Source: Pelomyxa schiedti (lineage: Eukaryota; Protista; Evosea). Taken from it: a DNA stretch of 64,000 nt. The stretch lies in assembly GCA_020536535.1 (NCBI GenBank), contig JAHLWZ010000792.1:62001-126000 (forward strand). Reading direction: 5' to 3'. Shown in pieces: positions 37,014 to 52,479 of this stretch. Numbering within the stretch: position 1 is the first letter of the stretch; each line of letters begins with the position of its first letter. A program made the translations under genes and the position numbers. The notes beneath the pieces were generated by a model that was not told where the DNA came from, did not search any database, and was given only the letters and a program-made list of their open reading frames with translations.

Positions 37014-40000
37014 ATGTCGTTGTCGGGGTTCTTTGGTGGCACCAAGAAGACAGACAAGTCGGGTCCAACGACATCCGTACCCGAGAAGTCCCATTTGAGA
37101 GCCACTGGCGGTCACATTGATGGTCGTTTTTTTTTCTTCTTCTTCCTTTTTTTCTTTGTACGTTTGTTTCTTGCGTTACTGACTTCTTGAATCCCTTCAG
37201 AAATTATCACCACATTAATTGTGAGTGCGTTTGATTCTGATGCGCATGTGCGGTCAACTATCGCTTCTGCACTGCACGACCTTGGTATTCATGGGCCCTC
37301 TTGTATTACTTACCTCATTTTCGTGTTTCAGGTTTTCGGCTTCCGGTACTTGTTGCAAGTGCGTGCATTGACTGGCTGGCCAAGAATAGTAAAGCATCCA
37401 AAGAGCACCGCGTTATTTTATTGGAGCTCCTCAACACAATTTTGCAGGAGAAGAGGGATGCCATCACACAAGAGTTGGCTACCGACTGTGTCATGATGGC
37501 AATTGAGGAGATGACCAGAGATAAGGTATTGTGCGTGGCTGTCATATCCACATATCAGACTTTCGAGCCCTCACCTTAATGAAAGGATATTGTACCCGAC
37601 TTGCAAACTGCTGCAGCAAATGTTATTGTGTCCCTTTCACATCAATTGCCAGCACTAATAATGGATGAACTCATCAAACTGTGGGAGCCCGGCCAGCTGC
37701 CTCACTATTTTGTCATCAAGACCTTGGGAGATGTAATATCATCAAATGGTGGGCAATACACTTATTTCGTACTTTATCTCCTCCAACAATTCTTCTTCAG
37801 CAATAGCAACCATCCCTCGTGCAAAGGAGATTCTTGCTAGACAAATTCCTATTCTGGCCAATATTAAACATGACAACTTTAAATGGGTGCTGGCCACAAT
37901 TACATGGCAAATTTGTGAGGGAATACAAGCTTACATGCACAACATTGACCAGGGTTCTGACAAAACAATAACCCCACAGTCTTTCAGGTTTTTTCTTATG
38001 AGTAGAACTTCATTTTTTTCCCATCTGAAACTCAAAAGCTCTGAAATCTTTCCCGCGTTTGAAATTATGTTTACTAAGTGGTCCATTGCAGGAGAAAGAA
38101 AGGTTAAACTTTGTTTCTTTGACTCTTTCCCGACATTTTTTTTTTAGATGAAACTTGCGACCTTACGTGCTTCATGCTTCATGAATATTGTATTCACACC
38201 AGCTCAGTATGACGCCACAACGCCAAGGGTTTTGCCAGGTTCCCTTTGCTTTTTTCTTTTGACAATAATTTATTAACCAAATAATTCCTAGTTATCTTAA
38301 CTACCATCAAGAGAGAAAAAGAACATTTGAGCTTGATTGAGGTGTGTTTCTTATGTAATGTGAGGAACTGGATTCACTTTTTTCCTCCTGTGTTTAGGGA
38401 TTGTGTGTTTTGTTGGAGGCTGGCGTTGCAAACAAGTCCGTAGTTCTGGACAAAGAAGCCTTGACGATTGTTATGACAACATTGCATCCACTTATTTGTG
38501 TGCAACCTGACTACACAAATCCAGTTACAATCAAAGTTTTCAGTGAGGCTTTGAGATGCTTTGAGGCAATGGGTACAGCCCCCGCAAAAACAAAAATAAG
38601 ACAATCCTACCATTTCTTGAAGGAAGAGGATTTCCAGAGGCGGTCTTATCCTTCATTCTTGGAAAACTCGAGACTCGCGATATCCCAACACGCCTTGGAA
38701 GCTTAGGAATTGTAAAACACCTTGTTGTGAGCATTGGTTTGCGTTCTTTGTTTCTTTTTCCCGGCTAATTTTTACATACAGATTCATGTCTTGAAGATAA
38801 AAAGGGAGTCCTGGTTGCTGGAATTAAGCCTGTCGCACAGCTGGAAACTAACTTACTTGTGTGCACCTCCTTTGCTACCAGTAAACTGAAAGGTGGTAGG
38901 TCAAAAAGAGCCTCGTTCAACTAGTTTTCTCTATGGCGTCCCATGAATACCTGGAACTAGAGGGAGGAGATACCCTCCTCGAATTCCTCATTCGCAATTC
39001 TGCCTATGAAGAGCCAGCAACCCCGGTACTAACTATAGCAAGACTTTTCTTGGTGACTGACTTTTACCAAAAGGACAAAAATACAGATGTTGCAGGGCAC
39101 CTTGAGTTACGAGATATGTGTGACAATGTAATTGGATTGGCAATCAACTCTATAGAGCCAATGAAACGAGTGTGTAAAAAAAGAAGGCTTTTTCTCCCGT
39201 TCGTAACGCAATCCACAAGATATTGTGGCCCTACATATTCGAAACTATTGTTCCTCCACATTTCACTGGTGCCGCTGCTACGGTGTGCAAGTGTCTCTCT
39301 TTTGTTGCAAGTCGAAAACGTGAAGCTCAAGACGACGATTATTACTTGGATTTTGATAAACTAAGTATTTTTTTCCCCTTGTCCCTATTAACATTTAACA
39401 TCATAAATTCTGCTTTTAGGCAACATTCCAAAACCACAGCAAATAATTGCGAAGTTACTTGTAAATCTCCCTATTCTGCCTGTTTTTATTGTCTTCTTTT
39501 TCATTCTTTACTTAGGTACTGTTAAACACTCCCTTCCGCAGACCGAACTTAGGTTTAAATATTCTCGAGGCTCTGCGACATGTTGGCCCTCTATTCCATC
39601 CAACAGTCTGTGACATGTGGGATGAAAAACTTCCAAAACTCGCAAAGTATCTAGAAGGTACCTAAACGAAACTGTTTCAACTCTCTCATCTCTCACTAGA
39701 AAAGTCCAAATCACAGCCAGATTTTGACACCGCTGCATGGGAAGAGCTGATTTTGCGACTCGTGGGAGAAATCATTCGCATTGCAAACGATGACGATTGG
39801 TCTATGGTTTATGGTGAAGCACTGGTGAACCACGTGGATCAATTCAAAAGCGATCCATATTTAAGGGTGTGTACTATACAAGCTGTTGAAAGCAACTTAT
39901 TTAAAACCAACAGAAAGTAAGTCTTAAACACTTGGGTGTGACGTTACAGAAGTTGACTCAGAAAGAATTTATCAAGTTTGTTTCTCTTGTAGAACTTTTC

Positions 40001-43000
40001 CCAAACAAAATTACGAGACATTCAAATCAAGAGCCAAATTGGAAGCAATGTTTCAGAACACAAACCATGGAAATGAATTGGAGCGAGAAGGCTGCGCCCT
40101 TGGCTTTGGCTTTTGCGCTACAAGTCATCTTGATCTTGTGCTGGAGAAAATTACAGAACATGTGCAGCGTGTGTCCTCCATTTCCACATCCCTGGGCATA
40201 TTGTTGTAACATACGCAACTTGCAGAACACCTTGTCCCAGTAAGATCCTCGGGAGGCCTTTTTAGTTCATTTTCAAGCAAGTCCTCATCACCTGCAGTGC
40301 AAGGCCCCCCAAAGGATCCCGTAGGAGTAAAAAATACCCTAATGCTGGCATACGGCTATACTGCAACCTATGGCGCTACTTCGTACTCTCCGACGAACCA
40401 GTTGAAAAGTCTCCTAATCCCTCTTACTTAGGTTGATAACTTCGCGAGTGGAAGTTCAGATACTCAACACTGTAAAATCGTATATAACATCCGTTAAAGT
40501 CCCTGTTTGTAGGGTAGATCTCTTTACCTATTCTTTGCACTTGACCACCGATATTGTAGGAAGCAGTCTGTAAAGCTCTTACCTTAATTGGGAAAGCAAT
40601 GCACCCGGCACATTTGCAACAACCCTTCGTTTTCAAAGCCAGGGACGAGTTACTTAAAATTGTGTTGGATTTCATGGCAGCAAGGGATACAGAAACTTCC
40701 AATGCAGTTAGGGTTGCTGCATTGGAAGCAATGGCAGCCTTTATGTACTTTACTCTCTAGTGATGGTCACCAATTTAATGCCACTTCAGACTCCTTGAAC
40801 CTCGCCTTTCAGATGATGTGGAGAAGCAAGTCATTATAAGTGCAACCAAGGTGATTGGGTTGCCAGCCCCCCTGCCTGCTGAGGAAAAGTTATTCACTCA
40901 AATGTGGGACCAACTCCACGCTGTTCTTGGGGCACTGCTTGCTATGCAAACATCAGTTGCAGAGTTGTGCAGATTGCTCCAATCTTTGGAACAATGGTGC
41001 ACAGCAGCTGTTGATATTCAAAGGGAACGTGCCTGCGACTGTGTCCTATATTTACTCAAGAAGTTCATTCAAATTAACACAGCAGATCCCTCCAAAAGAG
41101 TGAGAATATACATATTACATTCCTTCCCCACTCAACAGTGATCAGGTAGATGCTGCATTCAGCCAGGTAGGGATAGCCGTGTCCATGCTTATACCCCGAT
41201 GCACAGACTCTATTTCCAAAGTTAGACGAACTGCGATTGAGTCCATTGGAATGATGCTCTGTTTGTTTTCATTACCAACCCACTCTTTTTCATTGATATA
41301 TTTGTAGACACGGACTTTCTGCTCAAGAACGCCAAAGGGGCAACAGGAACTATACCTCCTCCTCCACCACTGAAATCTTTGAATTCAATTCGGTGCGTCT
41401 TACTTTTCCGATGCGTTTTTGCTGAGACTTCTGTAGAGATAAAATTGAGAAGCCAAACATTGATGACCAATTTGCTGCAGTTAACGATCTTTCAAAAGCC
41501 ATTTGCGAAATGGTTCGTTCTTTTTGTATTGCCACTTGCACACTTACTTTGGAAACTAGCTTAGTGAGCTGGAATACCCTGAATGTTTGTTGAGCATGCT
41601 TAATGGCTTGCTAGATTCACAACCTACAAGTGGAAATGGCACCTGTGTTGCCCTCAATGGTGGGTGATGTGACTGTTTCATTTCATCAATTTAAGGTATA
41701 ATTACAGGTATCATCAAGATACGCGGCCATGAGCTTCTTCCAAGAATCCCCGATGTGGTTGAAGGCCTACTGCGTGCTATGGAAGGTACTTAAGAGATAA
41801 AGTAACACCGAGTTCTGAAGATTGGCAGGAATAACAAATGAGAAAACAATGGCTGGGGCTCTTATGGCAATGAGAAATATTGCTGTACACCACCTTATTC
41901 CAGTTCTCAAGCAACTCTTGGAGCAGCCTATTCCCTTCACCGAGTAAGTAAATTGAATTGTACCAGCAAAGTTCCTCTTTCTCATAGATGTCACCAGGAG
42001 TGTTTGCAAATCATTTCAATCAGTTTCCCAAGACCAGCTTTTTGTGCAGTGCCTTCAACATATTACCAACATCATGAATAACACTCGCCTTCATGACGAA
42101 AAGCCTGATCGAAGACATGTTGTTAACATTCCGCTTACGCTGCCAATGAGCGTACGTAAGAAACATGTTAAGGGTGCACCAACAACTAAACGGGAATGTT
42201 AACAATACAGGCAACGGCTGCTCTGGGCCAAATTTTCAAGGCGTCAGATATCGAAGAATCTATCGGGCAGCATTACCCACTCATTATCGGAACATTATTG
42301 CTGCGTGTTGGAACTTGCTCTAACACCGAACCAAAACCAATTCCCCAGACTAGTACCAAAGATCCTAAAGCGGTCAAGACAGTAACTGTGGCTCCAGTCA
42401 AGTATACATGCAAATGAACTACATATAATTTCTAATCTATTCTTAGGCAAATAACAGAGGCAATCAAGATTTTTGTGGCTTTCCCCACTGAGGGAGATCT
42501 CAAGACTGCGTTTGATGCTACTGGCTTTCAAGAGAAATTGGAATCCAGCAAATACCCCGAAGCTATCAGAGAACTTGTGAGGTTTGTAGATTTGATTTTG
42601 TGTCTTTCTGAGACTTTTGTAGTGCCATATGCACGGCTCACCCCGACAAAATGACTGGTCTTTTCGATTTCCTGCTTCCTTATATTCGGGGAAATTATCC
42701 AGAGCAAAGAACAGTTACTGCAGTAGTTTTGGCGGAATGTGTAAACAACTGCAAAGTAAGTAAAAACGGGATCAAAAAAACCCTGAAAAACCCTCGTGTA
42801 GGACAAACCTGACCTGCTCCAAAGTATAATCAACTGTTTGATTGGTTCGATGTCAGATATCAATGTGAAAATACACGTACTCAGAGGTCTTGGAAATATC
42901 AATGCAACTGGTCCCGTGGAGGTTGTTCTAGTTCTGAAGTAGGTTTTTGTTATTTATTTTCACCAAGGCAAACAAATATGCCTCAACCATCCTGGATGCT

Positions 43001-43891
43001 CTTACATCATGCATTGAAGATCCAAATGAGGAATTCGTAATGGAGTCTATGTTAGGACTTTCGAAGGTTCTAGAAGTTGTTGATGAAACGAAGGTAGCAC
43101 CCATCTTGGTCAACCTTTGTCATAGAATCAGGCCTGCCTTCGAAAAAGTAACTCCCATACTATATTATTACCATCGTCCTTAAACACATACAACAGCCAA
43201 ACAATGAAATTCGAGCTGTGTCTATTGAAATGCTTGGGAACTTGGCACGATTTGGAAAAGCCCCAATTTGTGCGGACAGGTTTTATGAACAAGTGCACTT
43301 GAACATTCCCTCCCTTCTCGTACATTTAAATGACGAAAATTCCTTAGTTGTACAGGTAGGTTTGCACCCAAATTTTTTGCAAGTAACGCGTGATTCAGGC
43401 GTGCAAGAAGACGTTCACTAAGCTGAAGGAGTTGCTCCATACACCGGAGTTGGTGAGCTTTATTGACAAGAAGGCTTTCGACCCCGAGGCAACCATGAAC
43501 TATGACGCTACAATGGAGGAACTAGTTCCTCTTATTGTAACTTTCCTCCTTTTTTTTGGAGTTGAGTCTTTTAACAGTTGCTCTCAAGATTGTGGCGTAT
43601 CCAGAGAGGATTCATAGTTACCTGATGGCATTCCTGGAATTCTACAAAAGCCCCTCCAATGTAATTAAGGCAAATGCCACGTTCCTTACAGGTGTATTCT
43701 TGGGGAACATTCCCACAGACAAACGAGCTGCCGCCAACATCAATCCACCTCTTGTAATCCATGGTATATCTAATCCCCAACTAGTGTAGGCTAACTCCCA
43801 AATCACAGATTTGCTTGCACTGCTAAAGGACAGGTCACCACAAGTGAGAGACAGAGCCGTCGATGCACTACGCCTTCTACATACTTATTGA
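37014..43891 (+). CDS. MROH1: Maestro HEAT-repeat protein (Mroh1-like)
   Basis: ATGGHIDEII..SAFDSDAHVRSTIASALHDLG, PHYFVIKTLGD, NYPEQR, DPNEEFVMESMLGLSK, LLKDRSPQVRDRA. Many HEAT repeats over dozens of short introns. Confidence 0.88.
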
Positions 43892-43994
43892 TTTGTATCC
43901 TAGGAATTAACAAAAAAAGCTGGAGTGAAGGGAAAAGTAAAAGTTTTGTGCAACCAACAGTCAACAATAAATTGAATGGAAGTATTCGTTCTCT

Positions 43995-45031
43995 TCAACT
44001 GAATGGAGTTTTACAAAACGAGGGATTGGCAAAAACTGATGCATCAGGGACAACGTAAGGCTCGAGTTCCTCCCAGTCCCAGATCTGTTGTCCAAGTTGA
44101 TGCCGTTCAGTGGACCCAAATCTGGAGGACAAGGAAAGAGAAACCAACACACATTAGAGTCGCCAAAGGGCGAAGTGTTGATCAGCCAGACTGGAATAAT
44201 GGGAGAATCCTTCCTCACATAGAGGGTGCAAGTAATCGTGTCAGTGAAGGTGTACCTCTGTTTGAATTCCATCAATGACGTAACCCACTTGAAGAAACAA
44301 GTCACAACAGTTCATAAAGAGTTGACTTCACGTTGTACCACCTGTCAGAGAGCAAGTTCCAATCATTGGGAAACTTAGTTCGGGACAGAGCCAGCCATTC
44401 ACAGGAACGGCTGGAGCGTTCATTCTAATGGCCTTTCCTTGAATCCCCCACCGTTGTACCACAGAAAGTTGTAAATAGGAATAATAACAAAAGGAATTCT
44501 TCTTGGTAGACACTATCACACACACAACTCAAATGGCAACGAGAGTCTTATCACACCAGGTGGTTACTTTTCCTTTATTATCAAATTCCTCCAAGTTTAC
44601 CACCCATTACAACCAAGGGTTCACTCTCATTGCGCCATGTCCCATTATAAATTAGAGTAACATCACCAGCTGCATCAAGTGCTCCAGCAACTCTCTCTAA
44701 GACTCAAATGCACAATTGATGGTGGACCACACACACTCCCAATTGGAGAAACGCAAGCAATACTACTACGTGGTCAATGGCATGTTACTATCATGTGGAC
44801 GTTACTCCCCATTGAGGCTATTGCACCCTCTGGTGGCATTGTACTTGTGCCAGTGGGTAATGGGAAGTAGAGGTGGTGGTGGTACACACAGTCCAACAAA
44901 GAGGTGCTTTTTGTACCTACATCACATGGGGATGTTGTAAATTGTGAAATAATAATAATAATTGAATTGAAAAGAAATAATAATAATAATTGGGTCGTGG
45001 TCACTCCGTTACCGTGCAGTGTCAATAACAT
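43995..45031 (-). CDS. Hypothetical secreted protein, possibly ependymin-related
   Basis: Hydrophobic N-terminal segment. C-terminal TLYVRKDSPIIPVW...VVPDASVFANPSFC resembles the EPDR C-terminus. Middle splicing unresolved. Confidence 0.35.
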
Positions 45032-45549
45032 GCAAGATGAATGATTGGCATGATTTTTTGTTGTCTACGTACTTTTTAGGCCAGAGATAGGCAAGTGCAT
45101 TTGGTTACACGGCTGTCTGGTGTCGGTTGTTGTAGTAAAGCAACGGGGTGATATGTGTACACCATCGTGCATTCAGCTCTGTGGTCTGCTGACTTCTCGG
45201 GGCGGTTGGGCAGGCGATGCGTAATTACGAAGACGAAGAACGCTGGTTGATGGTTAGGGGAAACAGCAAAGGTGGGGAGAAGCTGCTTAGTTGAAAACAA
45301 AATTGGAGATACCAGATTGTAGAACAAACAAAAAAAACAAAACAAGCACAAGATCGTGGTGCCACATACCCACGTAGAAAGCGTGGCCGAAACAAGTTAT
45401 TGTCAGGTCACACCATTGAAGAAAGAGAGTTGACTTCACCTTTTGTCCTCAAGGTGGTTATTATCCCTTTAATAGAGATGTTTCAAAAACACAAGTTGTG
45501 TGTGATTTTCGTGTATCTTGTGTTGTGTGCCTAGTTCCCCAAATCCTTT

Positions 45550-46436
45550 CTATGATAAGTGCAGGTGCAATTCATGTGAGCTTTTTCCATGGAAACCATG
45601 GTGAGTGGTTTTTTGGGGTTGTTGTTTTGAATTTTTCTTTGTTTTTTCAGTATCAGGGAGGTATTTGGAGAAGGGGGTATGTTGGGTGTAACAGTGCACA
45701 TGGAAAAAGTCTCTCATCATGGCTCCAATCAATCCAATTCTCTTCATTGAAAATACATCCAGAACATAACTGGAACCAGGCTACACACATGCCGTTCTGT
45801 TGTTTACCTTGGAGCAAGAGATGCAGTCTGTCACATGAGCCACTGGAGTTGGTGAGGAGGCTGCAGGGAGAGAAAGCCCACGCTTTGATTCTGTTCCCTG
45901 CATCATCAATGAACAGGAGTGGCTTGACAATAAAGGCCTTGGAAGGCAGACTGTAGGTTGTGGACTTCACAACAGATGCAGAGGTCAAAGAATAACTTTT
46001 TTCCAAGTCAATTACGACTGACACAACTCGTGCCCTCCCCGCCACCTGTGATGCCCCTTATTGGCATTTGCAGATCAATTACACCAAGTGTGTGGCTGAT
46101 GCACACTGCCACACACTCTCGTTCTCCTGTACCACCACAGTATGATTTCACCAACAGTGACGTTTCATTGCACATTATCCACCTCTTTCCAATGTACTCC
46201 ACGACATCAAATGGCAGCACACTTGCCCAACAACAACATGTCGTATTATGCCCACCAGTGCCAGCACTGTCAGCACAGGAACTCATGTAACCCAACCGTG
46301 GCACTTTGCACAATGCAAATGCAACAAATTGTTCACGTGCGTAAAGTACAACTCGTATTGATGACTCTGGTTCTTGTTCACCACCACCACCAGTACATAC
46401 CAATTGGGTACTAGTTGTTGTTGTTATCGTTACCAT
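45550..46436 (-). pseudogene. Frameshifted member of a lineage-expanded intronless family
   Basis: YAREQFVAFALCKVPRLG...LPFDVVEYIGKRW motif. Coding appears to shift frame near 46040 and 45740 with no usable introns. Confidence 0.5.
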
Positions 46437-46539
46437 GGGATAGTGCTCCACCAATTGGATACCAAACCAACAATCCAATTGTTGCAATTAGAGATACCAG
46501 ATTGACACCAATCCTGCATCTCTGGCGACACCACCATAA

Positions 46540-47596
<1,057 letters not shown>

Positions 47597-47770
47597 ACGG
47601 CGATAGAGGAGGAATGTAGTTAGTGTTGTATTAAGGAGCTAAACACAATTTTTCATCATAAATTTGCTTTCCCTTCCCTTTCTATCGATCGTATCATTAC
47701 ATCTGCTATTATACATTATTCACTATACAAAGGCTACAGTGACAATAATTTTTTTTCCTTTGTCTGCCCC

Positions 47771-48242
47771 AATGCCGAAAAGCCAGCCCAACCATGATGA
47801 CCAAGACGAGGCTGACTGCTACGACGACCAAGAGGAAGAAGAAGAAGAGGGTGAGGAAGAGGTAGTGGAGGAGGAGGCTGATGGTGCTGTACCTGAGGAT
47901 AATTATGGAGACATAGAGGGGGAGTATGAGGACAATAACAACAACGACACTAGCAATAATGAACCTCCTCCTAGCACCACCACCACCACCACTAGCACCA
48001 CATCTAGCAGTATACCACCATCAGTAGAGGTCTTCACGACAAGAGGAAACATGAGCACCACTACCACTACCACCGAGGCCAACGCTACCGCTGCCAACAT
48101 GGACACCACCATCATCAACTTGAGTATCATCACCACCACAACCGAGGAGGAACTGAAAAACAGCCGGACCCAAAAAGACGCCGTCGTGCAGAAAGGGTCA
48201 GTTTTGTTGAGGTTAGTACATGGTGTTATGGTGATTAACTAG
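47771..48242 (+). other. Acidic/Thr-rich low-complexity ORF, apparently a truncated gene 5' end
   Basis: Poly-E and poly-T ORF. All downstream splice options I tried hit a stop within about 25 codons. Confidence 0.4.
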
Positions 48243-48583
48243 TAACAATAAAAACAGAAGGAACCTTTACAGGTTGATGAGAGTATCAGACGGCAAATGT
48301 ATATAACCTCAGAGAATATTTCTAAAAAAACTTGATCACACAGAAAAAGTACTTCTTTCTTGTTCAAAGTCCAATGCACGGGTAATTTCGCAATTAATAA
48401 AGAATTCAATAAATTCAAATCACTCAATAGCGCAATGTTGACACTTTGCACTCTTGCAGTTCTCTGGAGTCACTGAAACAAACTGTATGCTACACTTCCA
48501 ATGTGAACATGCTCACTCATTCGCATTAGTTTTTCTTCCCTGAATCTCGAATCAAACATTTCCTGAGCAGAGGGCTCTCACAG

Positions 48584-48778
48584 ATGTCAGTCCATTGTGG
48601 GTGTACTCTTGATTGCACCATTTCAGTGCCACTTACAATGCATACAGGTGGGTTGCATGTCTCCGATATTCCACTGGAAGTTTTGGCTGAAGTTATTTCA
48701 TTTCTGGATGAAGACACATTGGTTACTTGTCGTCTTGTGTGCAAAGATTGCAACATCTGCAATGAATGGTTAACTTAA
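48584..48778 (+). pseudogene. F-box motif fragment
   Basis: SDIPLEVLAEVISFLDEDTLVTCRLVCKD. Its donor splices out of frame into the next (PI3K) exon. Confidence 0.7.
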
Positions 48779-48810
48779 AGCACCACTGTAATGCATTGAC
48801 CTTTTTTTAG

Positions 48811-49470
<660 letters not shown>

Positions 49471-49793
49471 CTCATCGCAGCCCTGGGGCGGAGGAGATGG
49501 AAGGGGGAGGGGAGGAGAGAGGAGGGGTAGATCTCCCTCCCCTCTCTCCCCCCACACACTGAGAGTGAAGGCTCTTTTCCCTGTAATATTGGACAGTATT
49601 CACGGCATTGTAATGTCTTTGGTGGTGTACAAAACAGCGGAGCACTACTCTAAATGACAATAAAAAGTGTATTCCACTGTAAAAGAGATGATTTTTATAA
49701 CAAACGAGACGCAGTGATCGTGTAGTTGCTTGCCCCAAGTGCCGCAAGGCTACCTTCAGCCAATTCTAAACACAGATAGCAGATAAACGGTCA

Positions 49794-52048
49794 ATGGCTG
49801 GCGTGACGCAAAGTGGAGACAACCAGGTCACTACACATAGCAACACTCCTCAACCATTTAATAAAAATTAAATGTTCCTTCCAAAAAGAAAGCGGGCTCG
49901 TGTTTCAAGTATGTCGACCAAAGACACTGTGACCCGAAGTGGAACTGTGTAGTGTGCAAGGCACCTGCTTATTTGCCACTTGTGCATGAGTGCAGCTCGT
50001 GGTTGTGCACCGTCTGTTGTGACAAACAAGTAATTTGTTAGTCTTCTGTCCACCCTCAGAATAAAAATAAAGGAGACATGTTCTGAGTGTGAAGAAGAGA
50101 TCAAAGGAAAACTAAGACCTCTCACTTCAAAAGCAATATTGGTGAAACTAGATGCCATTAAAGTGTATTGCCCTGCATGCAATGGTAAAATTGAAAGGGG
50201 TTCCTTTGATACTCATGTACTGCAGTGCCCAATTGGTTGACATTCTCTTTATCAAAAATACACTAACTTCTCCCAGATTGCCCAAAGAAATGCGGAGTGA
50301 AGGTGGCACCAATTTCCCAAACTCAGCATGAAAACACTGAGTGCTCATGTGTGGAAGTGATATGTGAAATTTGTCATCAATCTGTGCAAAGGCAGTTCAT
50401 GACAGATCTATCTCACAAGCAGTTTAACTGCCCAATTGGTTGAATCCTTTATATTTCTTGATGTGTTGTAACACAAAAAAAGATTGCCCAAAGTCTTGTG
50501 GAATGAAAGTGGCACCAAAAATGCAAGTTGAGCATGAAAACAGTGAATGCTTGAGTGTATTCATAACTTGTGAGGTGTGCAATGAATCTATTCAACGGAG
50601 ATTTCTTAAGGACCTGTCACACAAGAATGACTGCCCTATAGGTAACTTTGATTGCAGTTTTTTAAACCTTATTTTTTTTAAAAAAGATTGCCCAAGGCAA
50701 TGTGGAATGAAGGTAGCTCCAAAACTCCAAAATGAACATGAAAAAGTAGACTGCTTGAGTGTGATGGTTCTTTGTCACTCTTGTAATCAGTACATACAAA
50801 GGAGGTATATCAATGACGCGTCTCATGCAAAGGATTGTCCAATAGGTTGTTTAGTTACCTTAGACTTGACTAATTATAAAGCAAGATTGTCCTAATGGCT
50901 GTGGGGAAAAGGTGAAACCAAAGGAACTGGAAGAGCATCAATCTACCTATTGCCCAAAGCAGATGGTTGAATGCACTGCCCCACTATTTTGTGATTGGAT
51001 AGGCCTAATGTCTGACCGCACTGAACATGTTAGAGCATGTGTGATGGTGAAAGTTGGTACCATAATATCCCCTCTGATGGAAGAAAACAAAAGGCTTTCA
51101 GGAATAATAAAGGTGATGGCGGAAAAGATATCCCAGCTGGAATGCAACCAAGCTCAACTGGAGGCAAGAGTTACAGCCTCAGTGAATGGCCTACTCTTCC
51201 CCCTTAGATTCACGTGCTTGAATGGATCTGGTTATGCCCCACCTACTGTTGCTGACTACGTGTCACCCATACAAAAGGTAACCCTTTCAGGCGGAATACA
51301 AAAGTGGGTGGTGCCACAGACAGGAATCTACAAAATAACAGCTGTAGGTGCAAGTGGTGGTGCCTACTGTGATTCACGGCGTGGTACCTTTTTGCAGGGT
51401 GGATGTGGAGCATCAATTTCAACTGTTATAGAATTGGAACAAGGCCTCCAACTTAATATTCTTGTGGGGCAAATGGGTGCGCCGCCATTGAACCACTATG
51501 GTGCAGGTGGAGGTGGAGGTGGAACTTTCATCTGGGAAGATGCAGTAACTTCAATAGGGTCTGCAGAACAATTGAAGGTTGCAAGCAGAAAATATGTACT
51601 CATTTGTGCAGGTGGGGGTGGGGGTGGAAGTAACAGAACAATTGGGGGTGATGGACTGAATACCTGTGGCAGTGGTGATGGTGGTACCAGAGCAGGAAGT
51701 GGGTGTGGCTGGTTTTCAGACAGCAAAGACAGTAATGGGGGAAAGTCACCAATGCATGGTGGTCACGGTGGGAGGTCAGGTGGGTGTGGTGGGTATGGGG
51801 GATTTGGTGGAGGGGGAGCAGGACAGGGCACCCTCCAGAGTACCAATGGGAATGGCTCCTATTGGGGGGGAGGAGGGGGCGGGTACCAAGGTGGACATGG
51901 AGGGTATTTAAATGGAGTGAGTGAAACAGTTCACAGTGGAGGGGGTTACTCTTTCTGCAGCAACACTACATCCATGAGAGCCACTGCTTGCCCTGGCTCA
52001 AGATCACATTCTGATGGGTTTGTTATTGTGGAGACATTGCAGTCCTGA
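49794..52048 (+). CDS. RING + tandem TRAF-type zinc fingers + coiled coil + ALK/LTK-type glycine-rich domain
   Basis: CVVC..P..HEC..LC..C..C..C RING. Four exon-encoded CP..CG.KVAP..Q..HE...C repeats. FTCLNGSG.APP, GGIQKWVVPQTGIYKITAVGASGG, ILVGQMG, GGGGGTF, GGFGGGG. Confidence 0.88.
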
Positions 52049-52190
52049 ACACAATACCATATGTTGACAAACTTTGGCACCGTTTTCTTACCCAATATTT
52101 TCAGCAACCAAAAAAATCTTAGTCAACATACGTTGTTTCGTTCTTTCTGATAAGGTTACTAATTGAGAAGCAATCATATTGTTTGTGAAG

Positions 52191-52367
<177 letters not shown>

Positions 52368-52479
52368 CTATCCTTGCGATACTGGAGATACCATACATAC
52401 CCAAGATAAGGGATACTGCGATAATGGAGATCCTGGCGATCCGGCGATACTGGTGATAATGAAGAAGTTTGTTAAAATT

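Noticed and set aside
44003-44278. 91-aa plus-strand ORF after MROH1
   Set aside because: Antisense to a better-supported spliced minus-strand gene. No motif.
48239-48451. PPP-phosphatase-like snippet (LNKKEVLFLCDQVFLEIFSE) on the minus strand
   Set aside because: Too short, and no GDxHG/GDxVDRG motifs nearby.
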